A stretch of 32,000 bases of DNA from NCBI GenBank assembly GCA_041662745.1, contig JBAZRV010000003.1:90001-122000 (forward strand), read 5' to 3'. Positions within the stretch are counted from its first letter, which is position 1, and every line of letters starts with the position of its first letter. This document shows positions 22,026-30,669 of this stretch, piece after piece. The notes under the pieces are model-generated. The model worked only from the letters and a program-made list of their open reading frames with translations. It was not told where the DNA came from and searched no databases. The position numbers were made by a program, and so were the translations under genes. The stretch comes from Patescibacteria group bacterium (lineage in GTDB: Bacteria > Patescibacteriota > Patescibacteriia > 2-01-FULL-39-33).

Positions 22026-22709
22026 CTAAATACTATGTTTTTCTTGAACAATTTTTTTCCATTTCTCGTACTTGTCTTTGGTTTTAAGTTTCAGCCAAGG
22101 CAGTTTATAGGCAAACGAGGGCAGCCATTGACTCATAGTCCCGCCGGTTGAGACCTTGAACAATACTTCGGGAATGAACACTCCCCGATCGCCGCATTCG
22201 GCCATAGTTAAAAACAGGTCCCAATCTTGGAATTTTTTCAGTGTTTCATCAAAACCGGGAAATTTTTCCCGCCTAATCAGCGAGCAGGTATGGATGTATG
22301 GTTGTTGTTTTAATTTTTCCGCAGCAAACGGCCAGAGTTTGAATTTTTTCCAACCCCAGCGGAATTGGCTGTAGGCAAAACTAGCTTCGGACACGGTCTT
22401 AAGCGCTAAATGCATCTTTTCCAAGGCTTGAGGCCTTAAGATTACATCGGCGTCAACGAAGATAACTTCCGATCCGGAAGATTGGCTGAAGCCGTAGTTG
22501 CGCGCCGCCGGAGCCCCCTTATTTTCCTGGTTTAAAATAGTCAGACGATGGCTGCAAGTGGTTAGGGCCAAAAGCAAATCATCGGTAGAGCCGTCGTTGA
22601 CTACGATGATCTCGTAATCCTTGAGAGTTTGATTAAAAATACTGTTCAGACAGCGGCTGATGGTTTTGGCAGCATTATAAGCGGGAATGATGACGGATAT
22701 TTGCGGCAT
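22026..22709 (-). CDS. Glycosyltransferase family 2
   Basis: ISVIIPAYNAAKTISRCLNSIFNQT...IIVVNDGSTDD and a DAD motif (FVDADV). 227 aa. Abuts the GT4 stop. Confidence 0.85.
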   Translation of the reverse strand: MPQISVIIPAYNAAKTISRCLNSIFNQTLKDYEIIVVNDGSTDDLLLALTTCSHRLTILNQENKGAPAARNYGFSQSSGSEVIFVDADVILRPQALEKMHLALKTVSEASFAYSQFRWGWKKFKLWPFAAEKLKQQPYIHTCSLIRREKFPGFDETLKKFQDWDLFLTMAECGDRGVFIPEVLFKVSTGGTMSQWLPSFAYKLPWLKLKTKDKYEKWKKIVQEKHSI

Positions 22710-23825
22710 TTAATTGTTGATTATGTTTTTAATTTTTTCTGCTTGTTTGCTCCAATCAAATTCTAACGCTCGTTTTTGGCCGGCTTCAGCCAAGCGCCGC
22801 CATAATTCGCGATCCGTGGCGATTTTTATGATTGCCGATTTTATTTCCTCGTTGATTCGCGGATCAACCAGAATGCCGGTTACCCCGCCCAGCACCGCCT
22901 CCTTGGAACCGCCGAATTTAGAGGCGATAACCGCGGTCCTGGTCGCCGAGGCCTCCAGATAACCGATGCCAAAACCCTCGGGCTTTAATGATACTGTGAT
23001 ATAGATATGCGCCAATTGCAAATAAAACGCCTTGGCTTCCGGAATATTAGCCACCTCCCCGGCAAAAATAACATTATATTTTAATCCTGATTGTTGAGCT
23101 AAATTTTTTAATTTTTCTTCCTGCGAGCCGCCGCCGACAATGATATATTTAAGCTCCGGCACGAGGGACAATAATTCCGGCAGCATTTTAATGACCGTTT
23201 CAATATTTTTTTCCGGTTCCAGACGGCACATGGACAGCATGACAACATCGTTGTCAGCTAATCCCAATAGCTTCTTTTTGCCGGCAAAATCTTCGTCCGG
23301 CTTGTTAAGCGCTTCATAATCAATGCCCGGGTATATTATTTCAATTTTGGTTTTGTCTTTGGTCAGCTTGAATATTTCTTCGGCTAAGTAATCGCTATTG
23401 GCAATAAATTTGCGGCATAAGGGATTGCCATAAACTTGCTTTAGCAGCCGTTTTTGCCACCAGCTGTCTTTGGCTTGGGTAATATCTGTACCGTGGGCAA
23501 AAACATAAAACGGCAGTTTTATTTTTCCGGCCAGGGAATTATAAGGATGAAAATGGCCGAAGGCCAATCGTTCCACTCCCTCCGTTTTGACGATGTCGTT
23601 AATTTCTTTAATTAAAGGACGCCAACGGGGCGGGATTTTTCCGCTGAAAAAATCCGTGCGGTAAATATGATAAGGTTGGGTTTGATCAAATTCTTTTTCT
23701 CCCGCCTGAGTTTGCGCTAAGACGCAAATCTCGGCCGGCTCCAAACGCGACAGCAGGTTAAGGTAATAATTTTGTATTCCCCCGGCTTGCGGCGGGAAAA
23801 AATTGGTAATCAGTAGTTTTTTCAT
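22710..23825 (-). CDS. Glycosyltransferase family 4 (GT-B fold)
   Basis: C-terminal EGFGIGYLEASA...PVIAS-like motif (EGFGIGYLEASATRTAVIAS). 371 aa. Has a 4-nt overlap with the upstream flippase gene. Confidence 0.85.
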   Translation of the reverse strand: MKKLLITNFFPPQAGGIQNYYLNLLSRLEPAEICVLAQTQAGEKEFDQTQPYHIYRTDFFSGKIPPRWRPLIKEINDIVKTEGVERLAFGHFHPYNSLAGKIKLPFYVFAHGTDITQAKDSWWQKRLLKQVYGNPLCRKFIANSDYLAEEIFKLTKDKTKIEIIYPGIDYEALNKPDEDFAGKKKLLGLADNDVVMLSMCRLEPEKNIETVIKMLPELLSLVPELKYIIVGGGSQEEKLKNLAQQSGLKYNVIFAGEVANIPEAKAFYLQLAHIYITVSLKPEGFGIGYLEASATRTAVIASKFGGSKEAVLGGVTGILVDPRINEEIKSAIIKIATDRELWRRLAEAGQKRALEFDWSKQAEKIKNIINN

Positions 23826-25282
23826 AATTGGCTTTCTTCCTTATTAATCCCCCCCTTAAAATCTTTCATTAACTCTTTAAACGATCTTAGGCGGAACAAG
23901 CCCAGGATGTAAGCCAGGATAAGATAAGTCACTATTCCGCCGGCAATCGCCACAATAAAATGGACTCGTTCCTTGAGCAACCGGACCGCTAAATACATTA
24001 TCAGACAGGCCAAGAGCATTTTTGCGGCCGACCAAATCAAAAACTTCCAGTCGTATTTGATTATTTGGCCGACGACAGTAATGCCCAAAACAAACAGCAA
24101 GGCGTAACTGGCGATATTGGCAATGGCTGAACCGTTATAACTCCAAATCGGGATCAGGATAAGGTTGGCAACAAAAGAAAACCCGGCCACAACGCCCAAA
24201 TGAATCGTGTTTCTGGCCTGTCGATCGCAAGCGTTAAGCATGGCGCCAATAGGGAAACAAAGGAAGACAAAAACCAATGACAGCATTAGGATATCCAGGG
24301 GTAAAACGGAAGCCGCATAATGATTGCCGAAAACCGGACCGATTATCTTATCGGCAATAGAGATTACGCCAATAGATATCGGCAGGGAAAAAAACATCAG
24401 CCAATACATGGATTTGACGAAAAGCTTGGATAATTTTTCTTGGCTGTGAGCGAAGTAATTGGCAAACGCCGGATAGATGGAGGCGGAGAAAGCCAAGGCG
24501 ATGAATTGCAAGGCAAAGGCCACCTTAAAGGCCACGGAGTAAATGCCTACGGCATAGTCATTGGCGAGTTTTGACAATAAAACAATATCAATAGCCGAAA
24601 AAATACGATTGAAGATTCCGGCCAAGGCAAAAGGGATGGAGATAAGCACTAATTGCCTGATTGTCAGCCAGTCAAAGGAAAAAGCTATCGGTATTTGATA
24701 TTTGCGGCGCAGATTAACCGCAGACCAGATAAAGTTTGTCAGACTGCCCAAAATATAAACAGCCATTACCCAGGTCAGTGGCGCGCCAAAAAATAACAAT
24801 CCCCCGCCGGCAATTAAAACTATTGATTGATTGATGATAACGCCCAGGCTTTCATACGCCAGATTTTGATGGCCGCGCAAAGCGCCGTAAACGCTTAGGG
24901 AGAACGAGTCTAACAGCATGACAAAGCCGGAAATGTATACTAGCGATTTAGTTAGTTGCGGGTAGCCCAGAATATTAACTAAAACTATGATGATTAAATA
25001 AACTAAGGCCGAAGCGGCCAGTTTATAACCGAGGATATTGGCGAGGTATTTGGCGGAATGTTCGCGGTCCTTGGCTACTTCGCGAATCAATACTTGAGTC
25101 AGGCCCAAATCTAAAAACATGGCAAAGATGGAGGTAAAACTGAGGGCGAAAGTAAATCGTCCTTGATCGGCCACGCCGACGGAACGCGCCAGGATGATGA
25201 AGTATAAAAACGACAGCGCTTTTTGGGCGGCTAACGAAGCGCTGTAAAAAAAAGTGTTTTTAGCCAAGTTTCTGTTGGACAT
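23822..25282 (-). CDS. Polysaccharide/oligosaccharide flippase (Wzx-like, MOP superfamily)
   Basis: 486 aa with about 12-14 TM. The N-terminus (KNTFFYSASLAAQKALSFLYFIILAR) is typical of Wzx/RfbX. First gene of the wzx-GT4-GT2 operon. Confidence 0.8.
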   Translation of the reverse strand: MSNRNLAKNTFFYSASLAAQKALSFLYFIILARSVGVADQGRFTFALSFTSIFAMFLDLGLTQVLIREVAKDREHSAKYLANILGYKLAASALVYLIIIVLVNILGYPQLTKSLVYISGFVMLLDSFSLSVYGALRGHQNLAYESLGVIINQSIVLIAGGGLLFFGAPLTWVMAVYILGSLTNFIWSAVNLRRKYQIPIAFSFDWLTIRQLVLISIPFALAGIFNRIFSAIDIVLLSKLANDYAVGIYSVAFKVAFALQFIALAFSASIYPAFANYFAHSQEKLSKLFVKSMYWLMFFSLPISIGVISIADKIIGPVFGNHYAASVLPLDILMLSLVFVFLCFPIGAMLNACDRQARNTIHLGVVAGFSFVANLILIPIWSYNGSAIANIASYALLFVLGITVVGQIIKYDWKFLIWSAAKMLLACLIMYLAVRLLKERVHFIVAIAGGIVTYLILAYILGLFRLRSFKELMKDFKGGINKEESQL

Positions 25283-25312
25283 AATGCCTATATTATACTA
25301 TAAAATACGAGT

Positions 25313-25346
25313 AAAATAAAGCCCGCTAAAAATAGTGATAGCGGGC
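25313..25346 (-). terminator. Intrinsic terminator after the 110-aa ORF
   Basis: Minus strand GCCCGCTA (25346-25339) pairs with TAGCGGGC (25328-25321), followed by TTTATTTT. Confidence 0.6.
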
Positions 25347-25364
25347 AAAAAAGTGCAGAAGCGA

Positions 25365-25697
25365 TTACGATTTTATTGGTGTGCCAATCGTGGCCTTATA
25401 TAATCGCCAGTCAATAGCAGACAATAAAATAGAAGTGGAAGAGTTGCCGCAAATTAAGGCGAAAACCGGAAAGAGCCGCGGCAATTCTTCGGGGCAATGC
25501 TTGAGGCAACCGCAGTAAAGTTCCGATATAATCTTTTGCAAGCAACCGACACAGATTCGGTTGTCTTTATCCACTAACTGGGCGCGTTTAGCCATTAAGG
25601 AGGACAATAATTCCTGCAGGATTATTTGCCGTTCATGCGGTCTGGCGGATTGTTCCGCCGCCCTGGCCAGCAAGGCGCAGATTTTTTGTTCTTCCAC
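25365..25697 (-). CDS. Hypothetical Cys-rich protein (110 aa)
   Basis: GTG start with AGGAGG (25705-25709 core, reverse) 7 nt upstream. Cys pattern CVGC...YCGCLKHC...ICG. No family recognised. Confidence 0.6.
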   Translation of the reverse strand: MEEQKICALLARAAEQSARPHERQIILQELLSSLMAKRAQLVDKDNRICVGCLQKIISELYCGCLKHCPEELPRLFPVFALICGNSSTSILLSAIDWRLYKATIGTPIKS

Positions 25698-25708
25698 GAT
25701 GATACCTC

Positions 25709-25737
25709 CTAAGGTTAATGACCTAATTTAACCTTAG
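25709..25737 (-). promoter_or_regulatory. 10-bp perfect inverted repeat abutting the SD of the 110-aa ORF
   Basis: CTAAGGTTAA (25709-25718) pairs with TTAACCTTAG (25728-25737). In the mRNA the 3' arm runs straight into GAGG of the SD. Confidence 0.4.
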
Positions 25738-25811
25738 CAGATTAAAATCTTGGTGGCAATTAAGTTATCCCCAAAAGAAAAATTTGTAAGTTTTTAGACT
25801 TTTTGTGAAAT

Positions 25812-25845
25812 AAAAAACCGCATAACGTTGAGTTAGCGGTTTTTT
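25812..25845 (-). terminator. Terminator after rpsI (end of the ribosomal protein / rpoA cluster)
   Basis: ACCGC (25817-25821) pairs with GCGGT (25836-25840). The stem is extended by flanking A5/T5 runs. Confidence 0.55.
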
Positions 25846-25859
25846 AAAAAAATATAATA

Positions 25860-26300
25860 TTAGCGTTTAGACCATTGCGGGGCGCGACGGGCGCGTTTCA
25901 AGCCCGGCTTCTTTCTTTCCTTGACTCTGGGATCGCGAGTCATCAGCCCCTCGGCCTTCATGGCCGGTCGCAATTCAGGATTTAGCTGTTCCAGGGCTCG
26001 GGCAATGCCATGACGGCAAGCCGCGGCTTGGCCGTTTTTGCCGCCGCCAACCACATGAATGGAGACGGTGGTATTCTTATCGTGATCAGTCAGAACTAAC
26101 GGCTTTAAGACAATATCTTGCAGATCTTTAGTGGGAAAATAAACCTTATAATCAAGATCATTGACTATGATTTCTCCTTTGCCCTTCAGGTATAAGCGGA
26201 CATTGGCAGATGAGGTTTTTCGGCCGCCTCGGCCATAAAAAAACTTGCCTTCCGGTTTGACAATCTCGACTTCTTTGATTTCTTTCTTTTTGGTAACCAT
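25860..26300 (-). CDS. rpsI: 30S ribosomal protein S9
   Basis: GGGKNGQAAACRHGIARAL...RDPRVKERKKPGLKRARRAPQWSKR is the S9 signature. The track start at 26321 is TTG; ATG at 26300 (MVTKKK) is preferred. Confidence 0.9.
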   Translation of the reverse strand: MVTKKKEIKEVEIVKPEGKFFYGRGGRKTSSANVRLYLKGKGEIIVNDLDYKVYFPTKDLQDIVLKPLVLTDHDKNTTVSIHVVGGGKNGQAAACRHGIARALEQLNPELRPAMKAEGLMTRDPRVKERKKPGLKRARRAPQWSKR

Positions 26301-26321
26301 AATATATTCTTGCGAAAACAA

Positions 26322-26681
26322 TTAGTTAGTGGTTTTCAACCGCTTAATCATCTGATCGCGCAGTTTATTTTTAGGCAACATGCCCCAAACGGCTCGTCTG
26401 AGGACCTCGCCGGCATTGTCTTTCATGACCACGCTGGTTTTTTTGATTTTTAATCCGCCCGGATGGGTAGTGTGCCATTTGTATTCTTTTTGTTCCAGTT
26501 TCTTGCCGGTTAGTTTGAGCTTGGAACAGTTAGCGACCTCTACAAAATCTCCGGCATCAATATTGGGCGTAAAAGTGGCTTTATTTTTGCCACGTAAAAT
26601 AATGGCGATACGCGTGGCTAAACGTCCGACCGGTTGGCCAGTAGCATCAAGCTGATGGGTTTTTCTTTCTATTTCTTTCAT
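26322..26681 (-). CDS. rplM: 50S ribosomal protein L13
   Basis: GRLATRIAIILRGKNKATFTPNIDAGDFV and MLPKNKL motifs. Conserved rplM-rpsI pair. Confidence 0.95.
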   Translation of the reverse strand: MKEIERKTHQLDATGQPVGRLATRIAIILRGKNKATFTPNIDAGDFVEVANCSKLKLTGKKLEQKEYKWHTTHPGGLKIKKTSVVMKDNAGEVLRRAVWGMLPKNKLRDQMIKRLKTTN

Positions 26682-26694
26682 AAAATAAATTTAA

Positions 26695-27045
26695 TTAAAT
26701 AAACTCAATGATAGCCACTTCCGCTCCGTCATTGACGCGTGGAGCTAATTTGACGATTCTGGTGTAGCCGCCTTTGCGATCTTTGTATTTCGGACCCAAA
26801 ACTTCAAACAGTTTTTTGACCGCGCCTTGGGTGTAAAGCACCTTCAGGGCTTCACGGCGATTATGCAAAGTGTCGTTCTTGGCCAAGGTGATCAATTTTT
26901 CCACTTTGGGACGGGTTACCTGAGCTTTGGCCTTGGTGGTTTTGATTTTTTCGTAGACCACAAGAGAAGTAACCAAGCTGCGCAATAACGCTTCCCTTGG
27001 CGCCTTTTCACGACCCAATACTTTTCCTTTTCTGTTATGTCTCAT
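26695..27045 (-). CDS. rplQ: 50S ribosomal protein L17
   Basis: MRHNRKGKVLGR...ALLRSLVTSL...GGYTRI motifs. Follows rpoA as in the canonical alpha operon. Confidence 0.95.
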   Translation of the reverse strand: MRHNRKGKVLGREKAPREALLRSLVTSLVVYEKIKTTKAKAQVTRPKVEKLITLAKNDTLHNRREALKVLYTQGAVKKLFEVLGPKYKDRKGGYTRIVKLAPRVNDGAEVAIIEFI

Positions 27046-27139
27046 AATATGTTAGTCATAAAGTCTAAAGCCGAAGGTCTGGAAAGTTTAAAGAAAATCA
27101 TTTAAACTCCGGGCTTGCGGTTTTTTGACTCAGTTCTGT

Positions 27140-28006
27140 TTATTCTTCAATCTTTTTGGGGCGGCCGCGCTTTTTGGGCTTAGGCTCTTCCGTTGATTCT
27201 TCCCCAGCCCCTTCGGCGACTTCCGCGTTCTCTTCCAAAACTTCCTCAACCTTTTCTTCAGCGGCGACTTCCGGCAGGATTATCGGCGCCTCAATATCAA
27301 TTTCTTCTATTTCCCTGGTGCCGCCTTCCATAATCCAGCTAAACTGGTTGGTCAGGATTTCCGCCGCTTTTTTAACGGCATCTTCCGGGGAGATGGTGCC
27401 ATCGGTTTCAACAGTTAAGATTAATTTATCATAATCGGTGCGTTGACCGACGCGAGTCGCCTCTACCTCTAAGCCGACATTGATAACCGGCGTAAAAATA
27501 GAATCAGTCAAAATCGTGCCGATCTCGCCCTTGCCTTTATTCTGATCTTCCACCGGAACATAACCGATGCCTTTGGCTACGGTCAATTCCATTTCTATTT
27601 CGGCGTTTTCTGCGCTCAAGGAAGTGATGACGGCGTCTTTATTGACTACCTCGGCATCAACTGACTGCTGGATATCGGCGCCGGTAACTTTCTTTTTGCC
27701 TTCAGCTTTAAGTTGCAAGGTAACCGGTTCGTCGGAGTAAACCTTAAATCTTAAGGTTTTCAAATTAAGGATGATTTCCAAGACGTCTTCCGGCACATTC
27801 TCCATGGCTGAACATTCGTGCTTGACGCCTTTGATTTTAACGGCAGTAACAGCGCCACCCGGCAGAGACGACAGTATGATGCGTCTTAGGGCGTTTCCTA
27901 ATGTCAGGCCATAACCGGGAAAGCAGGGCTCAATTACAATTTGAGCTGATTTGCCCGGAACCGATTCTTCAACAATGAATTTTTTAGGCAAAGGAATGTG
28001 TTTCAT
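27140..28006 (-). CDS. rpoA: DNA-directed RNA polymerase alpha subunit, N-terminal domain only, with acidic tail and AT-hook-like end
   Basis: Alpha-NTD motifs GYGLTLGNALRRIILSSLPG and TRVGQRTDYDKLIL. After about residue 228 there is only an E/A/V-rich tail ending PKPKKRGRPKKIEE, with no HhH-type alpha-CTD. Strong SD AAGGAGGA. Confidence 0.9.
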   Translation of the reverse strand: MKHIPLPKKFIVEESVPGKSAQIVIEPCFPGYGLTLGNALRRIILSSLPGGAVTAVKIKGVKHECSAMENVPEDVLEIILNLKTLRFKVYSDEPVTLQLKAEGKKKVTGADIQQSVDAEVVNKDAVITSLSAENAEIEMELTVAKGIGYVPVEDQNKGKGEIGTILTDSIFTPVINVGLEVEATRVGQRTDYDKLILTVETDGTISPEDAVKKAAEILTNQFSWIMEGGTREIEEIDIEAPIILPEVAAEEKVEEVLEENAEVAEGAGEESTEEPKPKKRGRPKKIEE

Positions 28007-28076
28007 AATATTTCCTCCTTGGCTGCCGGAACTTTAGCGCCGACAGCCTGTTAACTTAAAATAATTAAATTATTTA

Positions 28077-28715
28077 TTATTTGCTGTAGTACTCAACAAT
28101 AGTTCGCCAATCAATATTAACGGCGATATCTCCTAATTTGGGCTGGCTGGTCACTTTTCCTTCAATCTTATCCGAGTCAATCGTCAGCCAGGCAGGAATG
28201 TTTGTCAGTTTGCTCAGTTTTTGTTTGATTTCTTTATAGCCGGAGCTTTTTAATATCTTGTCGGACAAAGCGATGACATCGCCGGTTTTGACTTGGTAAG
28301 AAGGAATGTTGACTTTTTCGCCGTTAACCCTGACATTGCCATGGCCGACCAACTGGCGGGCGGCGCGGCGGGAAGCGGCAAAACCCAAACGATAAACCGT
28401 ATTATCCAAGCGTCCTTCCAAAAATCTAAACAGCCATTCGCCGGTATTGCCGACTTTGCTCAAAGACTTTTTAAAGTAAATTAAGAATTGCGCTTCATAA
28501 ATGCCATACATGCGCTTGGCTTTTTGTTTTTCTGCCAATTGCTTGCCGAAATTGGTTTTTTTACCAACACGTTGCAACGGGCCGTGCATGCCGGGAGGAA
28601 AATTGCGTTTAACCATCGGGCATTTGGCAGAGTTGCATTTTTCGCCTTTCAAAAATAATTTTTCACCGGCGCGGCGGCAAGATTTGCATTGAAGATTTCT
28701 AGTAAAGTTAGACAT
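28077..28715 (-). CDS. rpsD: 30S ribosomal protein S4
   Basis: CKSCRRAGEKLFLKGEKC zinc-ribbon-like N-terminus and an S4 domain RLDNTVYRLGFAASRRAARQLVGHG. Confidence 0.95.
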   Translation of the reverse strand: MSNFTRNLQCKSCRRAGEKLFLKGEKCNSAKCPMVKRNFPPGMHGPLQRVGKKTNFGKQLAEKQKAKRMYGIYEAQFLIYFKKSLSKVGNTGEWLFRFLEGRLDNTVYRLGFAASRRAARQLVGHGNVRVNGEKVNIPSYQVKTGDVIALSDKILKSSGYKEIKQKLSKLTNIPAWLTIDSDKIEGKVTSQPKLGDIAVNIDWRTIVEYYSK

Positions 28716-28742
28716 AAGGGATTAAGAATAGAAAAATAAAAA

Positions 28743-29219
28743 TTAAACGCGGCGCGGTCTGGGAGCGCGGCAGCCATTGTGAGGAATCGGGGTAATGTCT
28801 TTGATGCTGGAAACGATAAAACCATTGGCATTAATGGCGCGGACAGCTGATTCGCGGCCGCCGCCGATGCCACGGACAAATACCGAGACTTCCTTTAAAC
28901 CGTATTTTTTGACTTTTTCCGCAGCCGTTCTGACAATAATCGTCGCGGCATAAGGAGTGGCCTTTTTGGGCCCCTTGAAACCGCATTGGCCGGCTGAACA
29001 CCAGGACAACACATTGCCGTTTTGATCAGTGAAAGTGACAATGGTGTTGTTGTAGGTGGACTTAACGTAAGCCCGGCCGCTGGCTACCTGGCGGGCAGCG
29101 ACGGTTTTTTTGACTTTCTTTTTCGACTTGTCGGCCGGTTTGGCGGCTTCGGCTTCAGCGTTAGCTTCTGCCGGAGCGGTCATAATGGTCGGTTCGTTTG
29201 TCAACAATTCTTCAGACAT
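28743..29219 (-). CDS. rpsK: 30S ribosomal protein S11 with Ala/Glu/Lys-rich N-terminal extension
   Basis: [18 protein letters not shown]...GFKG..K.TPYAA...[12 protein letters not shown]...[17 protein letters not shown]. Start choice is uncertain (M1 vs M13). Confidence 0.9.
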   Translation of the reverse strand: MSEELLTNEPTIMTAPAEANAEAEAAKPADKSKKKVKKTVAARQVASGRAYVKSTYNNTIVTFTDQNGNVLSWCSAGQCGFKGPKKATPYAATIIVRTAAEKVKKYGLKEVSVFVRGIGGGRESAVRAINANGFIVSSIKDITPIPHNGCRAPRPRRV

Positions 29220-29249
29220 AATTATATTGGTATTTGACTATTATATTGA

Positions 29250-29645
29250 TTAAGTTTTTTGGCTGGTGTCTTTTCTGCCCGAACCCATGGTTTTTCTAAC
29301 ATTGCCTCGCACGGTGCGGTTATTGGTTTTGGTGCGTTGGCCGCGAGCCGGCAAACCTTTCATGTGGCGGATTCCGCGATAAGACTTGATTTCTTTCAGG
29401 CGTTTGATATTGCTCATGACTTCTCGGCGCAAATCGCCTTCAATGTTAAAACCGCCTTTTTCCACGGCCGTTCTTAAGGCGATCACCTGTTCTTCGGTCA
29501 AATCATTGACTCTGGTATCGGGATTGATTTTAACGCCGGCCAAAATTTTATTGGCGCGCGGCTTACCGACGCCAAAAATATAAGTTAAAGCGATTTCTAC
29601 TCTTTTATTGTTGGGGATAACGACTCCCGCGATTCTAACTGCCAT
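29250..29645 (-). CDS. rpsM: 30S ribosomal protein S13
   Basis: [27 protein letters not shown]...[20 protein letters not shown]. Confidence 0.95.
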   Translation of the reverse strand: MAVRIAGVVIPNNKRVEIALTYIFGVGKPRANKILAGVKINPDTRVNDLTEEQVIALRTAVEKGGFNIEGDLRREVMSNIKRLKEIKSYRGIRHMKGLPARGQRTKTNNRTVRGNVRKTMGSGRKDTSQKT

Positions 29646-29668
29646 AATTATGTATAGTTTATAAATTA

Positions 29669-29782
29669 TTACCCTTGGCGTTGTTTATGCTTGGGATTTT
29701 TGCAAATAACAACCAGACGCTTTTTGCGCCTGATGACTTGGCAATCCTTGCAAATTTTTTTAACTGAAGCTCTAACTTTCAT
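29669..29782 (-). CDS. rpmJ: 50S ribosomal protein L36
   Basis: Below the ORF-track size cutoff. Hand translation gives [37 protein letters not shown] (37 aa), with the C-x2-C...C...H zinc motif. Position between infA and rpsM is canonical. Confidence 0.9.
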   Translation of the reverse strand: MKVRASVKKICKDCQVIRRKKRLVVICKNPKHKQRQG

Positions 29783-29877
29783 AAAGATAAAAATTGAGAA
29801 ATAAGAAATTAAGGTAGGCAAAACTCACTCTTGGCTTTTAGCCATTAGCTGTATGCTATGTGCCATAAGCTACTGTG

Positions 29878-30117
29878 TTAATAACGATAAGTGATGCGTC
29901 CGCGAGTCAGGTCATAGGGCGTCATTTGGACTTTGACTTTGTCTCCGGGCAACAGGCGGATGTTAAACATTCGCATCTTGCCGGATAAATGAGCCAAAAT
30001 CTCATGGCCATTCATTAACCGGACGCGGAAGTTGGCTGACGGCAATGATTCCGTCACCTCGCCATCCAACTCCAAGAAATCCTTAGAGTCAGCGGCATTT
30101 TCTGGTTGTTGTGACAT
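29878..30117 (-). CDS. infA: Translation initiation factor IF-1
   Basis: S1-like fold sequence [61 protein letters not shown]. The track start at 30141 is TTG; ATG at 30117 is preferred. Confidence 0.9.
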   Translation of the reverse strand: MSQQPENAADSKDFLELDGEVTESLPSANFRVRLMNGHEILAHLSGKMRMFNIRLLPGDKVKVQMTPYDLTRGRITYRY

Positions 30118-30308
30118 TGTAAAGTTATTCTTTAATAACAAACTACTTAATTATTATTTGTCGTTTTACTTTTTAACGGGTAAAACTGTAAATAAGGCTA
30201 TGTTTTTTTCAGATAAAACAAAAACTCACGGCTCCCTTCTTTACATCCAAAATCGACCATACTTTTAAGGAAATTAAGCCAAATTTTGTCTTTTTCAAAT
30301 CTGAGATA

Positions 30309-30336
30309 ATTATAGCAGATTGAGTAATTTTGTCAA
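30309..30336 (-). promoter_or_regulatory. Candidate promoter of the infA / ribosomal protein / rpoA cluster
   Basis: Minus strand reads TTGACA (30336-30331), 16 nt, TGcTATAAT (-10 at 30314-30309). A weaker TTGACA lies at 30385-30380. Confidence 0.5.
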
Positions 30337-30385
30337 TACTTGCCGAATTTAATTTAATTTTATAGTAATTTTAGCCTATTGTCAA

Positions 30386-30416
30386 GAAAAACCCGTTGCC
30401 GGATGGCAAACGGGTT
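30386..30416 (-). terminator. Intrinsic terminator overlapping the stop of the 65-aa ORF
   Basis: Minus strand AACCCGTTTGCC-ATCC-GGCAACGGGTT stem (30416-30390) followed by TTTTC. Confidence 0.6.
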
Positions 30417-30612
30417 AAGTTTTTGGTTTGCCAGCCTCACCCCGTTCACCTAATTGATCTCTTAGGCTTTTGTTCTCTCGGCGCAAGCGTTCATTGTCAT
30501 TGGCGATTTGCATAACGCCGTAAAATATAAAACCGAAAAGCGCTAAGATAAAAATAAAAATAAGGTAGTGCTGGCAAAAAATTAAAAGAACTAAATAAAG
30601 CGATTCTTTCAT
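30415..30612 (-). CDS. Small single-pass membrane protein with a short coiled coil (possibly FtsB/DivIC-like)
   Basis: ATG 30612 with AAGGAGGG 4 nt upstream. One TM, then NDNERLRRENKSLRDQL. The family assignment is a guess from architecture only. Confidence 0.55.
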   Translation of the reverse strand: MKESLYLVLLIFCQHYLIFIFILALFGFIFYGVMQIANDNERLRRENKSLRDQLGERGEAGKPKT

Positions 30613-30669
30613 TATCCCTCCTTTCGCAGCCGTTGTTTCGGGTAATTCTATGATGCCGGTAATTAATAA

